A stretch of DNA of 64,000 bases from Eledone cirrhosa (Eukaryota). The stretch covers positions 305,164,001 through 305,228,000 of the forward strand of contig OZ024743.1 of NCBI GenBank assembly GCA_964016885.1, given 5' to 3'. Positions 1 through 12,899 of the stretch are shown here, one piece after another (positions within the stretch are counted from its first letter, which is position 1; each line of letters starts with the position of its first letter). Both the position numbers and the translations under genes were made by a program. The notes under the pieces are model-generated. The model did no database searches. It was not told the origin of the DNA and saw only the letters and a program-made list of their open reading frames with translations.

Positions 1-257
1 GGACTTATCAACAAGTGGGTTTTTTTATTTTTTATTTTACCTCTTAATTATTATGTATTTTCTCCACTTTTCGTAGACCTTATGTCCTTCACTATAGTGG
101 TTCTCTACCCTTTGTAAATGAAAACATTACCCCTTTTTGTGTTTTCTATATACTATATTATTGAGAGCCTGGTAATTTATTCCTTGAGCCAATCAAATTA
201 CAGGGGATTAACGCAAGTCTTTAACTCCATTTTTTCTATATATATTATATATATTTG

Positions 258-440
258 GATTGGCAGTATTGGTAGAGGGTCGGACGGCATGCTTTGACGC
301 ATAGAGTTACGGCCCTTGGCATTCTGAGTTCAATTCCCGGTGAGGTTAACTTTGCCTTTCATCCTTACAGGGTCGATAAAATAAAGTACCAGTAATGCAC
401 TGGGTATTTGCTGGCCTTGTGCCAAATGTAGAAACAATTA
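258..440 (+). mobile_element. tRNA-derived SINE (family A; central domain resembles Meta/MESC-type SINE domains)
   Basis: A-box-like tggcagtattgg, B-box-like gagttcaattcc, and core gcctttcatccttacagggtcgataaaataaagtaccag. About 10 copies occur in the window. Confidence 0.75.
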
Positions 441-660
441 TATATATTTATATATATCATATATATCATATATATTTATATATATATATACATATATATA
501 TATTGGAATAAATGCTCTGAAATAGCGATATATATGTGAGTATAGACATAGAATATTCGAAAATATTCTGTATGTTTATAATAAACATTTTGAAGACCTA
601 ATCGCTATAGAATAGAATACGTCACGTATTACAATTAGATTCTCGATAAAAGCAAGGGAA

Positions 661-703
661 GTAATCTACGCGTTTCATTCTTGTTAGAATTCATCAGGAC
701 TAC
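661..703 (-). ncRNA. Type I hammerhead ribozyme (also at 971-1013, 1281-1323, 1591-1633)
   Basis: Minus strand reads gtagtc CTGATGA attct-aaca-agaat GAAA cgcg TA gattac: stem I gtagtc/gattac, stem II 5 bp, minimal palindromic stem III ACGCGT, GUA cleavage triplet. Confidence 0.9.
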
Positions 704-1929
704 ATATCCAGTGCTTTTATCGAGAATGACACAGCTAGAGACTTATAGAATACTTAGCTGTGTACTGGAACTGGTTTGAAAGAGCGGTTGCCGGTCCGGC
801 AGAAATTAGAAATTGGAATAAATGCTCTGAAATAGCGATATATATGTGAGTATAGACATAGAATATTCGAAAATATTCTGTATGTTTATAATAAACATTT
901 TGAAGACCTAATCGCTATAGAATAGAATACGTCACGTATTACAATTAGATTCTCGATAAAAGCAAGGGAAGTAATCTACGCGTTTCATTCTTGTTAGAAT
1001 TCATCAGGACTACATATCCAGTGCTTTTATCGAGAATGACACAGCTAGAGACTTATAGAATACTTAGCTGTGTACTGGAACTGGTTTGAAAGAGCGGTTG
1101 CCGGTCCGGCAGAAATTAGAAATTGGAATAAATGCTCTGAAATAGCGATATATATGTGAGTATAGACATAGAATATTCGAAAATATTCTGTATGTTTATA
1201 ATAAACATTTTGAAGACCTAATCGCTATAGAATAGAATACGTCACGTATTACAATTAGATTCTCGATAAAAGCAAGGGAAGTAATCTACGCGTTTCATTC
1301 TTGTTAGAATTCATCAGGACTACATATCCAGTGCTTTTATCGAGAATGACACAGCTAGAGACTTATAGAATACTTAGCTGTGTACTGGAACTGGTTTGAA
1401 AGAGCGGTTGCCGGTCCGGCAGAAATTAGAAATTGGAATAAATGCTCTGAAATAGCGATATATATGTGAGTATAGACATAGAATATTCGAAAATATTCTG
1501 TATGTTTATAATAAACATTTTGAAGACCTAATCGCTATAGAATAGAATACGTCACGTATTACAATTAGATTCTCGATAAAAGCAAGGGAAGTAATCTACG
1601 CGTTTCATTCTTGTTAGAATTCATCAGGACTACATATCCAGTGCTTTTATCGAGAATGACACAGCTAGAGACTTAATCGAGAATCTAATTGTAATACGTG
1701 ACGTATTCTATTCTATAGCGATTAGGTCTTCAAAATGTTTATTATAAACATACAGAATATTTTCGAATATTCTATGTCTATACTCACATATATATCGCTA
1801 TTTCAGAGCATTTATTCCAATTTCTAATTTCTGCCGGACCGGCAACCGCTCTTTCAAACCAGTTCCAGTACACAGCTAAGTATTCTATAAGTCTCTAGCT
1901 GTGTCATTCTCGATAAAAGCACTGGATAT

Positions 1930-1972
1930 GTAGTCCTGATGAATTCTAACAAGAATGAAACGCGTAGATTAC
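1930..1972 (+). ncRNA. Type I hammerhead ribozyme in the inverted arm of the 310-bp array
   Basis: gtagtcCTGATGAattctaacaagaatGAAAcgcgTAgattac read directly on the plus strand. Confidence 0.9.
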
Positions 1973-2094
1973 TTCCCTTGCTTTTATCGAGAATCTAATT
2001 GTAATACGTGACGTATTCTATTCTATAGCGATTAGGTCTTCAAAATGTTTATTATAAACATACAGAATATTTTCGAATATTCTATGTCTATACT

Positions 2095-2129
<35 letters not shown>

Positions 2130-2130
<1 letters not shown>

Positions 2131-2497
2131 TCCCCCAGGGCCAGACCATAAATTGAGAGTTTTATTGCAAGATTTTGAGGTGTTTGATGAAGGACGTTTG
2201 GCGAACATGACTGGATCGGTGGAGTACAAAGAATAGAATCCTTCACGATGACAATGCATCCTGCCTTTGAGCTCACCGCACTCATGAGTTTCTCACTAAA
2301 AACAACATTGTATCACTTCCGCACCTGCCCTATTTGCTAGATTTAATACCTACGGACTTCCATCTCTTCTCCAAGCTAAAAATGCAGCTCAAAGCTCAAC
2401 ATTATAACACCATTGTTGAAATCCGGATCGAATCGCAAAATCCAGACTTCCAGATGGATTCCAAAAGTGGCAGGAATGGTGAGACCAGTGTATTGCT
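2130..2497 (+). mobile_element. Degenerate Tc1/mariner transposase C-terminal fragment
   Basis: Translates to LHDDNA...NNIVSLPHLPYLLDLIPTDFHLFSKLKMQLK...QKWQEW, a decayed HDNA...HPPYSPDLAPxDFxLFxKLK mariner motif. Confidence 0.8.
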
Positions 2498-3125
2498 GGT
2501 ATTTTACAATAATATCTGGTCTATTAGCTTTTATGGTCCTGTCAGTATGTACAGAGAAGTCCCAAAGAATTGTTACTTTTTCTCCTTCAGTTACTGCCTC
2601 AGGCTGATGATTGTACCACTTGTCAGCAGTTTTGATTTTATAATGATGACATATTAACCAGTGTAGATATTGGCCAACTCTGTCATCTCTTGTCTTGTAC
2701 TCTACAGGTACTAAACCTTTACATCCAGAGATTAAGTGGTCCACTGTTTTAACCTCACCATTGCAGAATCAGCACTTTGGATTTACTCCATTTCTCATCA
2801 CATTGGCCTGGTAGATCGGTGTCAATAAGCTTTGATCTTGGGCAGCTAAGATGAAGCTTTCACCCTCTGCTTTTAGCACTGAGCTACATAGCCACTGATG
2901 GGTGTGCTTCTGGTCAACATCAGCTTGTTTACTACGGGCCACATATTTGCCATACAGAAGTTTCTGCTCCCTCTTTGATGCTAATTGTTCTAGCCTTTTT
3001 CTTTTGTTATTAATTTGATATTCTTAGCAACAACAGTTGCAATAGTACCCTTAGTTTGTCCAACCTGGATATAAATCATGAAATCAGTAGCATATGTTTT
3101 GCTCTCCTTCAAGATGGAATGAAGC
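2498..3125 (-). mobile_element. R4/Dong-like non-LTR retrotransposon remnant (CCHC finger + restriction-like endonuclease)
   Basis: C*FCNGEVKTVDHLISGC...YKTRDDRVGQYLHW...ILWDFSVHTDRTIKANRPDIIV; an upstream AAQDQ motif is present. Confidence 0.85.
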
Positions 3126-3699
3126 TTCTTATCTTATGGATGATGTGACAATCACAAACAACCCCCTCCTCCAAATGTGGGTGCAGACCAGAGATTTCCA
3201 GCTGAGTAAGGCCACCTTCAAGTATCCAGAGTAACAATTAACATTGGACTTGTAATGTAACCAATTCAAACATTTGGTCAGTATTATTCTTTCATGTCTC
3301 AAAATAGATTGAGAGAAGTGAAATTAGGATTAAAATATATATTGGACTTGGGGTTTCTTGTAACCTTTTTGATATCAAATGGCATACATTTATAATATAT
3401 AACTGTTTATTTTAAAGTATTTATATTCATCTTAAAACTTTCCACCATCATTGTATGCAAGAACTGCTAATGAAGAAAATGGATGTTAAACAAACATGAT
3501 GATGATTATGATGAATATTTAAGTTTTGCTCCAAACACCAAATAAATAGTGAGAAAATTATATTAATAGCTTCCTCTAAATTCTTTATTATTTTCAAAAT
3601 TATTTGAAAATCTTAGGTAGTATCTTCCATTAGATATATGGTAATGAAACAATTAGAATTAAGTAATTGTTTTAAAAATAATAGTTTTGTTTTTAAAAT

Positions 3700-3885
3700 A
3701 ATTGTTTCTACTTTTGGCACAAGTCCAACAATTACCCCAGTGTATTACTGGTACTTTATTTTATCGAGCCCATAAAGATGAAAGGCAAAGTTAACCTTGG
3801 CGAGATTTGAACTCAGATCATAAAGGGCTATAACTCTTTGATGTAAAGCATGGCATCCGACCCTCTACCAATATTGCCAATCCAA
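3700..3885 (-). mobile_element. SINE family A copy
   Basis: Reverse complement of the 258-440 element (ggtactttattttatcga...gatgaaaggcaaagttaacc...gatttgaactcag). Confidence 0.75.
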
Positions 3886-3929
3886 AAATAATTTCTTGTT
3901 TAAAGTATAGAATATTAAGTTTTACTTAC

Positions 3930-4040
3930 GACAATTTTTTTCATCACTACCATCAAGGCAATTCTTATAATTATTACATACATTTGCTTCATCGATGCAC
4001 TTTCTATTGTCTGAACACATGTGGGTACCCTCTGGGCAAT
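3930..4040 (-). CDS. MAM/LDLa protein exon, LDL-receptor class A repeat
   Basis: ctattaattacag acceptor, gtaagt donor, 111 nt, phase 1-1. Encodes CPEGTHMCSDNRKCIDEANVCNNYKNCLDGSDEKNC. No stop codon, so the gene continues. Confidence 0.9.
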
Positions 4041-4752
4041 CTGTAATTAATAGAAATAAGGAATTGTTTTTAATTAATGGTGTAAATGTGTAAATAGTGT
4101 TGTTATAATTTTGTGAACGAAGCTGGGCTGGTTTCGCTTGGGGATCCAGCTGCATTAGTTGGAGATGGTTCCTTCTGAAAGGACCCACTAGAAGGGGTGT
4201 ATGAGGACTCTGCCTCCACGATCCTCTCAGGAATAACAACACAACAACAACAACGACAACAACAACAACAACAATAACAACAAGAATCTTATCCTTAGAA
4301 TGCATATTTCAAATATTTACCCTATCAACTCATTTCAACCAATAAGAGAAAATGTAAGAAGACAATTTGTTTTCAGCAGACAAATAGAATTTAGAATTTA
4401 ATCCATAATAATATTAAAGCAAAATATAATACATCTTAATTATTAAAGTAAAAGTATTTAAAACTATATATTCATCAAAGTTCTTTTGTCATGCAATATG
4501 TGACCTCCTCAATGACTATATGTTTTCTGTTGTGCCTCCGTTTCTTTCATAAACATGCAACAAAACCAACATAGCTTACTATATGCTAACACCTAAATAT
4601 TTAGTAGAAAGGTGTGGTAGAAATAGTTTTTATATGTTTGGTTTTATTGGAATTAAAATGTTAAGTTGTGGAAGTCACTATTTAGTTTCAGGCCAGCTCT
4701 GATTGAGCAAATCTATGATAACAGGTGTTGTGGCAGTGATCATGGTTCAAAG

Positions 4753-4955
4753 ATCATCATCATCATCATCATCATCATCATTATCATCATCATCATTCTC
4801 ATCATCATCATCATCATTCTCATCATCATCATCATCATCATCATAATCGTCGTCGTTGTTGTCATCATCGACATCATCCCCATTGTCATTGTCATCATCA
4901 TCATCATCATTGTCTTCGTCATCATCGCCTTCATCATCATCACCATCATCATCAT
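4753..4955. repeat. (CAT)n microsatellite
   Basis: Imperfect CAT run; explains the poly-I and poly-M ORFs. Confidence 0.95.
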
Positions 4956-5160
4956 CTTATATTTGCTTTCTATGCTGGCATGTGTAGAATGGGTCATAAT
5001 TGTTTCTTATTTAGAGTTAGGGTTACGGTTAACCATGTCATACATGTATATTTTCAGTTTTGGCATGTTCTCCTTAACATCAACTACATTACAGAGTGTA
5101 CTGTTGTGAAAGTAAAATCAACAGATGAGAAATAAAATAAAATAAAATGTAATCACTAAC

Positions 5161-5466
5161 TTAATTGAGGACAGGTTCCATTAGATATTATGACATCATC
5201 AATTGCCAGGATTCCAGACTTGATATTTGCTCTGAAACTAAGCATACTATTTCCTGCAGGAATCTGAAATTGACCTTCATAAGTTCCATCTAATTTATTA
5301 AAGAATATTTCATTCCATTTCAGAGTAAAGTTCTGTTGGAATAAAATAACCGAAAGGTCTCCAGTTACAGCGGCATATGTAATGTACTTAAATTTCACAC
5401 ATGAATAGGGCAGGGGTTCATAGGGTGACACAATTGTTCCCTTCCCATGTCTGAGCTGTATAGTGC
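5161..5466 (-). CDS. MAM/LDLa protein exon, body of MAM domain 4
   Basis: ttttatttgcag acceptor, gttagt donor, 306 nt, phase 1-1. Encodes GTIQLRHGKGTIVSP...CVKFKY...LSFRA...GILAIDDVIISNGTCPQL (LAIDDV...G.C MAM end). Confidence 0.85.
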
Positions 5467-5714
5467 CTGCAAATAAAAGGATATTATTAGAAATATAACA
5501 GAGTTACTGAATTAACAAATCAAACAATTGAATGGAATTGGATTCAGAATTTCTGTTTATGATTCTTCACAAATAAATCTCTAATTATTGAAACATTAGT
5601 AAATGAAATTGTTTTCTCTGAACAGTAAAAAAACATCCAAAATTACAATGACAAATTTGAACATGTGGGAAATATATTTCCTGCCACTACTAGACTAAGG
5701 TTTAGTTCAGGTTT

Positions 5715-5751
<37 letters not shown>

Positions 5752-5864
5752 CCACCACTATCACTATCACCATCATCATCATCATTATTGTTTCACATCT
5801 CATTTTTTAAAAATATATGTTTACTTTATTATTAGTTTTTGTTCTTTAACATTAAATCACATAC

Positions 5865-5903
<39 letters not shown>

Positions 5904-6420
5904 TTACCTGAAACAGATGTCAGGTGACCACATCTTGTTGATAATATCAGATTACGGAGATTGGTTTTCTATGGCTGGGTGCTCTTCCTAATGCCAACCA
6001 CCTTACAATGTGAACTAGTGGACTGGAAAAGATGTTGTCATGTCACCAACACAACCACCTTACAGGCTGGACTAGGTACTTTTTGTTGTAGTACCAGCAC
6101 TACTGCTTTACATAGTAGATTGTGTGACTTTTGTCATGACACAAGCACTACCATCCTAGAGGGCAGACTGGGAGCTTTTCGTCATGCTACCAGCATTTAT
6201 TGTGGCACCAGCACTACCTCATTTTAACATTATGATGCTCGGAGAGTCAGAATGCAGAGCATTGATAGAAATGGAGGGCCCCAAAATGTGAGAGGAGTGC
6301 AGGCTATATGCTACTTGCCAAGAGTGAAAATTTCTCACTATGGGAGAAGGAGTGACCCTGAGGCATATGGCTGGTGTCTAATATTAATATATTGTGGAAT
6401 GGGCCCGGCTTTCTGTGTTG

Positions 6421-6442
6421 GATAGATAGATAGATAGATAGG

Positions 6443-6497
<55 letters not shown>

Positions 6498-6498
6498 T
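6421..6498. repeat. (GATA)n/(GA)n microsatellite
   Basis: Seen directly in the sequence. Confidence 0.95.
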
Positions 6499-6572
6499 GA
6501 TTGAAAGAGAGATGGGCAAGGTAAAAGAGAAATCAATATTTAGTTTGAATGTTAAAAGATCACTAGTGTTAC

Positions 6573-6677
6573 CTTTAACATCCCAAAATCTCCTGTTATG
6601 GTTTATATTTTTCCATCCATTTAAAATATAATATCCACAGTAGTATTTTGATTTGAAATCACAGGAAATGGAGGCAG
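6573..6677 (-). CDS. MAM/LDLa protein exon, N-terminus of MAM domain 4
   Basis: ctttttccttactag acceptor, gtaaca donor, 105 nt, phase 1-1. Encodes ASISCDFKSKYYCGYYILNGWKNINHNRRFWDVK. Confidence 0.8.
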
Positions 6678-6829
6678 CTAGTAAGGAAAAAGAAAATATA
6701 TAGAATCAATCAATCAATCACAACCAATATGTTTAAGTCAGTTATATCCAAAAGATGAAGGGGTACAAGGGTGAACAATGTTTAAACCCATTAACTCTCA
6801 AGTAAAATACATCTTAATGTTTGTAATTA

Positions 6830-7045
6830 ATACTATTTCTGGCATTGGCACAAGGCCAATAATTTGAAGGAATGAAGACTTGATTATATTGATCCCAGTA
6901 CTTAACTGACACTTATTTTATCGACCCCAGAAGGAAGAGAAGCAAAGCTGAACACAGCAAGATTTGAACTCAGAAAGTAAAAAGTCATAACTAAATACTG
7001 CAAATCATTTTGTCTGGTGTCATACTGATATTGCCAATCCCCAAC
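6830..7045 (-). mobile_element. SINE family A, diverged copy
   Basis: ttattttatcgacccc...agcaaagctgaac...gatttgaactcag. Confidence 0.65.
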
Positions 7046-7189
7046 CCCAGGTTAGCTACTTTGCTTCACTTCTCTCTGATCATCATTCTAGGTGACTTCA
7101 TTTCTCTCAACTCCTCATGGTTATCAAACTCATCTCATACAATGCCACCAGGACAGAAACTAAATTATTTGCAATTCTCAACTATTCAC

Positions 7190-7480
7190 ATCAATCAGTT
7201 TCATCCTCTACACACATCCCTAATTAACACACAAACACATCGAATATCTTTCATGTCACTTCTACCCTCATTAACATACAGGTGCACCAAACATCCTTCA
7301 TCGCTTTCTCACTTCCACCAGGATTAACACACAGGTACTCCAAACATCATTTCATTTTTCCCTCACTTCCAACCTCATTAACATGCAGGAACACTAAACA
7401 TCCTTCATCTCTTTCTCACTTCCAGCCTCATTAACATGCAGGAACACCAAACATCATTTCACCTCTTTCCTACTTCCAAA
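7190..7480. repeat. Imperfect ~55-bp tandem repeat (~5 copies)
   Basis: Recurring cattaacatgcaggaacaccaaacatc...ctcacttcc motif. Confidence 0.65.
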
Positions 7481-8319
7481 CTCAACCTCTAATCATTTCT
7501 ATATATATCAACTTGTTCAACTATTGCCTTGTTGCAATTACCCATCACACTTTCACATATTGCACAATGCTTGACATGTGGTTCTACAAGTCAAGTGACT
7601 GATCAGAGTAACTCAATCCTATACCAACAATCTCTAACTGTACATGTGTTTCATCCCAATCCTATCAAAAACAGCTAAGCAAGTGAATGAAACAATCTTC
7701 TTAGGCATGTTCTATATTTTACATACAACCAACCCTCAAAGCCTCAAGTCCTCATAAATGGTTCACCTACAAATGTGCTGCAGAAGTTCAGGCAAAGAAG
7801 ACAGCCTACAGTGCTAGTAGAATAACTCTCACAGTCCTGCAGCTCCTTCAAGACCAAGATCTGTACTATGAAGTATGCCTCCAAGCATTACACAGCTTGC
7901 AGCCTCTCATCTCCCAAACTGCATCTGACAGAAGCAATACTAACTTTGTGAAATAAACCATTCTTTCACTTCTCAAGTATTATGGTTCTTTAAGCAGTAC
8001 TCCCATGGTAAAAGCTTCCACATTTACCTCAAACTTGGTATCAAACTTCACACTGTACAACCAAGGTAAATCCTATCCAGAATTATAGCTTCCTACTCTA
8101 CCATGCTCCCATATAATCATATCATCATCATCATCATTTCATTTTACGTCCGCTTTTTCCCTGCTTGCAAGGGTGGGACGGGAACAGATTCTGGCTTGAT
8201 TTCTACAGCTGGATGCCCTTCCTAACACCAACCTCATTCACAGTGAGTGCTGGGTGCTTTTTTGCTGTGGCACCTCCACGACCACTTTGCAGTGGAATGA
8301 TAGGGACCGCAGTCCCTAT

Positions 8320-8465
8320 CATCTCATTTCTACAGCTGAGTAAACTGGAGCAATGTGAAATAAAGTGTCTTGCTCAAGGAAACAACACATCACCTGGTTT
8401 GAGAATTGAACTCACAACCTTTCGATTGCAAGGCCAATGCTCTAACCACTAAGCCATGTGCCTCC
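8320..8465 (-). mobile_element. tRNA-derived SINE family B (CORE-like gtgtccttgagcaagacac segment)
   Basis: ctacagctgagtaaactggagcaa...gtgtcttgctcaagg...gaattgaactc...ctaaccactaagcc. Related copies at ~43090-43222, ~55080-55165 and ~10790-10950. Confidence 0.65.
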
Positions 8466-8467
8466 AT

Positions 8468-8755
8468 ATATACATACTAAATATCCATTTCTACTTACTA
8501 GACTCACATATAATCATATATACATACTAAGTATGGCTTATACTCTAATAGACTCACATATACTCATATATACATACTAAGTATGGCTTTATACTCTAAT
8601 AGACTCACATATACTCATACATATATATACTAATTATGGCTTTATACTCTAATAGACTCACATATACACATATATACATACCAAACATTCATTTCTACTC
8701 TAATAGACTCACATATATATACATACCAAATATGGCTTTATGTTCTATTAGACTC

Positions 8756-8756
<1 letters not shown>
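8468..8756. repeat. Imperfect ~45-bp minisatellite (~6 copies)
   Basis: Recurring tatatacatactaagtatggctttatactctaatagactcaca. Confidence 0.8.
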
Positions 8757-8789
<33 letters not shown>

Positions 8790-8944
8790 ATACATATATA
8801 CACACCAAGTATGAAAGTAATTATAGTTGCTTCAATATAACAAGTATTTTGACAAAATCCTTTTAAATCAATACACCCTAAATCTAGCCTGTATTCTAAT
8901 TAAATTCATAAACTCTCTCTCTTTCTCTCTCCCCTCTCCTTATC

Positions 8945-9010
<66 letters not shown>

Positions 9011-10389
9011 CTTTAATGTCAGTTAGTATGACTTTTGTAAAGCCAGAGCAACTAAAGATCTTTCTTATGTAACCCACCCAGAAATTTGAGGAAAATAATT
9101 ATAATTGTTGCCTTAGATAACAACTAGGCTATATGCAAATCTATCAAAATTGCATGCCTATGAGCTCCATATATTTTCCTTCTTTTGGCTCATTACATCA
9201 TCACACATGTACTGAGCTCATCACACATGTACTGATCTCATCACACATGGAGCTCTCTGACCTACACTTTATTAAATTGAGTTATTTCAAATCTTCACTA
9301 ACACCATGAACAGACATCTCAAACATATCCTCCAATAAAGTCAAGTTAATCTTTTCTCCTTCAATAGGACACACAATCACCAAACCAGTCAAGGACATAT
9401 CATGCTACATCCCTCCTAAACCTGAACAGCAGGCAACTAATACACTAGGGGTTACTACAATTGCTTGGCCTTACTATCACTGAGAATCTCTTGGTCTGAC
9501 TTGCTATTAACAGCCAGAGATTACTTCAACCTGCAACAATGATTAACTCTCTACAAATTCAAGTGTATTCCATAATAGAATACTGCCCTTTCACTCAAAA
9601 CAGGGTCACTGGGTCATTGATACATACACATACATCATTGATTACAGTTAGAAAAAAGCTACTAAATTGATTTGCCTGAAGGTTCTCACCAACACACGCC
9701 AATATTTGTTCCTTAAGTGTGCTGTCTCCTCTCTTTACTGCTTCCACAATAGTCTCTGATGTCTTGTTTTGTGCCATCCCCACTCAGGCACTAACAACTC
9801 CTTCATCTTTTCATATTATGATCACCCTCAAAGTACTTTACCATTCGTTATGCCAAGCCCGAAAATATTGACCCTTCACCCTTTGGAATTTCCTCGCAGT
9901 ACATATCTTTTCTGCAGGAATCTACTTGTAATGTAAAAGTTCAAGAGGAATGTAAACCAATTCCTTGTCCTCAGATTCAGAGGGCTTGATTTTAAAATCA
10001 AACCAATAAAAAGCAATAAAGTAAATAAATAAACAAAACATCAATTTATTGGAATACATGACAAGGAATTAAGGTTTGATTATAAATGGGGATAATCAGG
10101 AACTTATCAATTCTACAAGAGAGTTTGTCATTAATGACACAATGAAAGAAAACATCTAATACCAGTGACTGAAAACTAATTTATGGACTTAGTTGAGTGC
10201 GAGTTCATTGGTCTTAGGTTATTGATTAGAAACATCAGTGTTGTTTAATTATTGATAAAGCAGATCTAAAAAGAAAGCTGTCTGTTAGCTGGAAGCATTA
10301 ACTATGTAACTTTTTAAATGTTTTATTAACTTGTATTTTATACAGAAATGATGACCATGATATTGATAATAGAAAAATAAACAACTTAC

Positions 10390-10497
10390 GACAATTTTCT
10401 TCATCACTGCCATCACTACAATCATAGATTCTATCACATAATTTAGATTCACTATAACAGAAATTATTTTTGCAACTCCTTGTTTCAGCTGGACAAA
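10390..10497 (-). CDS. MAM/LDLa protein exon, LDL-receptor class A repeat
   Basis: tttgtttatacag acceptor, gtaagt donor, 108 nt, phase 1-1. Encodes CPAETRSCKNNFCYSESKLCDRIYDCSDGSDEENC (6 Cys, DCxDGSDE). Confidence 0.9.
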
Positions 10498-10959
10498 CTG
10501 TATAAACAAACAGAAAAAATTATTGAACATTTTAAAAACATGCAATTTTTTAGTTCCATTTTTGATCAATCTGATCAATACTTAAAGTATCATTTAATTT
10601 CTGAGAGTCAAATTCTGTGAAGGCTGGTTTATGGCTTTTCCTTTTGTCAACATCAGTGGCCTAGTTTGGATGATCTTCACATCACTATCACTCGAATTTT
10701 TCTTGTCATCTGTTCTCAGCCAAAGGCTGATCATGCCCGTGCTTGTCTCTGGTTTCCTAGCAACTGGGGGTGCAAGACTGGACAGGACACTGGTCTATCA
10801 CATATCTAATTCCCCAGCAAGTGATGGTACTTACACTCACCTCAGTGTACTGTAGAAATGTGAAATAGTGTTTTACTGAAGAACACAATGCAGCACCTAG
10901 GAATTGAACCAATGACATTATGATCCTATGTCAAGCAACCTAACCATTAGGTTATTTTG

Positions 10960-11790
10960 TAGGGGATTAAAATGTTAAAGTGACAAGTCTTTTGATTCCA
11001 TGGATCTTCATAGATTACCATGTCAACTAAATGCAGGCTGATTTACATACTACACTGAGTTGAGCCTGATAAGGAAATGGGAACTATCCAGAGTCCATAT
11101 TGCCTAATTCTAGAGCCAGCAGGATTGACCATGGTCAATGAGAGGATGTCTGATGGTCATGTCCATTCCCCTTCAACTACAATTAAATACCTCTTCAGCA
11201 AAGGTATAACTAGAGTATATCAAGCATGGGACATGCCATGGGTACCACTTGAAGGGCATCACTTGGACTAGCAGCACTTTCTATAAAAGTTAGATAGGCT
11301 ATTGTTGAATAGTGAAAAATGTTTGGGCAGAGGCGCAATTTCACTGCTTGCCATTGGCACTATTTTCTCTAGTTATGCCTCTGCTCATGAAGAATATCAC
11401 TGTTAGTTACACATTGCATTTTACATCCTAGATGCTGCTGTGAAGGTGAGGGTCACTACATCCATAGCCAAATAGAATAAACTTCTGAAATATAAAGTGT
11501 GGTGAAGTGGTGTTAATTGACATAGGGTTTTAAACTCCAGTAATATAAGGAGTTTACTGTGATAATAACAGCTACTGTGAAGAGATGAAGTTATGAGTGG
11601 TTTGTTATAATTTTAGAGGTGGGGTGATGCTGGGTAGAGTGATGAATCTGGATAGAATGTGGGTGTTAGGATTTAAGGATTGAGTAGGTTGAAGTAGTCC
11701 TGGATAAAGTAGGGGTGGAAGTTTAGTGATGGTGAGAATAGATACTTAGGAGAGGTAGTGAAATTCTGAAATGTCTAACTGAAAAGCCTA
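10960..11790 (-). mobile_element. Highly decayed LINE (CR1/L2-like) fragment
   Basis: Only weak RT-region-like translations with many stops; the base composition differs from the intron background. Confidence 0.3.
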
Positions 11791-12899
11791 GAGGCTTATC
11801 AGGCCGATGCTCGTCCCAGTTTCTGTAACATTAAGTGACTGAGAGTGCAAGATTACCTCCTGAGCAGGGCACCAGTCCATCACAGGGTTAAATCCCCAGC
11901 TATTGCTGGTACTCATTTTCATGGTATACTGGAGAAATGGAAAATTATGTGTTTCGCTCAACACACGACTCAATATATTTTGTAGCTTTGGTTAAATCTT
12001 GCGTCTTTGTGTACAGATATGAATTTATACTATATTTTATCTATTTAGTGCGCAATCTAATATATATTTATATATGTGTGTGTGTGTTGCAAGCAGGGAA
12101 AAGTGAACATAAAATGATTATTATGTTGATATATATATTATATTGTTAGAAGCTGTGTTATGAGAAGAAGATAAGTATTGACTTCAGTCTCCCCCTCATT
12201 TTGGCTTGTATATGTATATATATATGTATGAGATTTGTATATGATAAAAAAGCTGTGTTGAATGAATGTGTGTCTCTATAAGTATGTATGTATAAGTAAT
12301 TTCCTGTATGGATTAGCGATGTATACTTGTGTACTCATGTGTGTACTCGTGTGAGAAAGAAAAGTCGTTAGCATAGCGGTGTGTTTACACAACACTATGA
12401 TTTTATACATTACGAGAAGAAGCTGTGTTATGAGAACGCCATTTCCTTTCCCACCTACCCACTCCAACTCCACTACATTCAGTATATATACCTGACGCTG
12501 CATGCCAAACACTCATGCATATAGTATAGAGCAGACAAGGGGTGGACGGAGGCTCCATAAGCCGTAGTGTAGGCCACCCATCTAGGAGAGCCGCCACTCT
12601 GAATAAATTGTTACGGGGTAGAGAAGTTCCCAAAGTCCAGTAAAACAACTTTCCTAGTGCCGATGGCACAATTAAAAGCACCTAGTCCATGCTGTAAAGT
12701 GGTGCTGGTGTTAGGAAGGGCATCCAACCAGTATATATTAATGTCAAAAACTATGAGCACAACAAATATGAATTGCAACAACTGCGTAAACAGCAATAAC
12801 ACTAACCATGTTAGGGCTGCACACAGTAGTGGGGTGGCTGGTGCAGCCATGTGGGAGAACCCCCGGACTGTCATCAAGCAATCGCACAACAAGAACAAG

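Larger units (their letters stand above)
503..2103. mobile_element. Non-coding retrozyme-like / non-autonomous PLE array: 310-bp unit x ~3.8 in tandem (503-1675) plus ~1.4 inverted units (1676-2103)
   Basis: Unit start ttggaataaatgc recurs at 503, 813, 1123 and 1433; the copies look identical. Inversion junction at ~1675. (TA)n on both flanks. One hammerhead per unit. Confidence 0.85.

Noticed and set aside
258-345. tRNA gene
   Set aside because: A and B boxes are present but there is no cloverleaf; it is the head of a multi-copy SINE.
4666-5109. Hydrophobic membrane-protein ORF
   Set aside because: Poly-Ile from the (CAT)n microsatellite.
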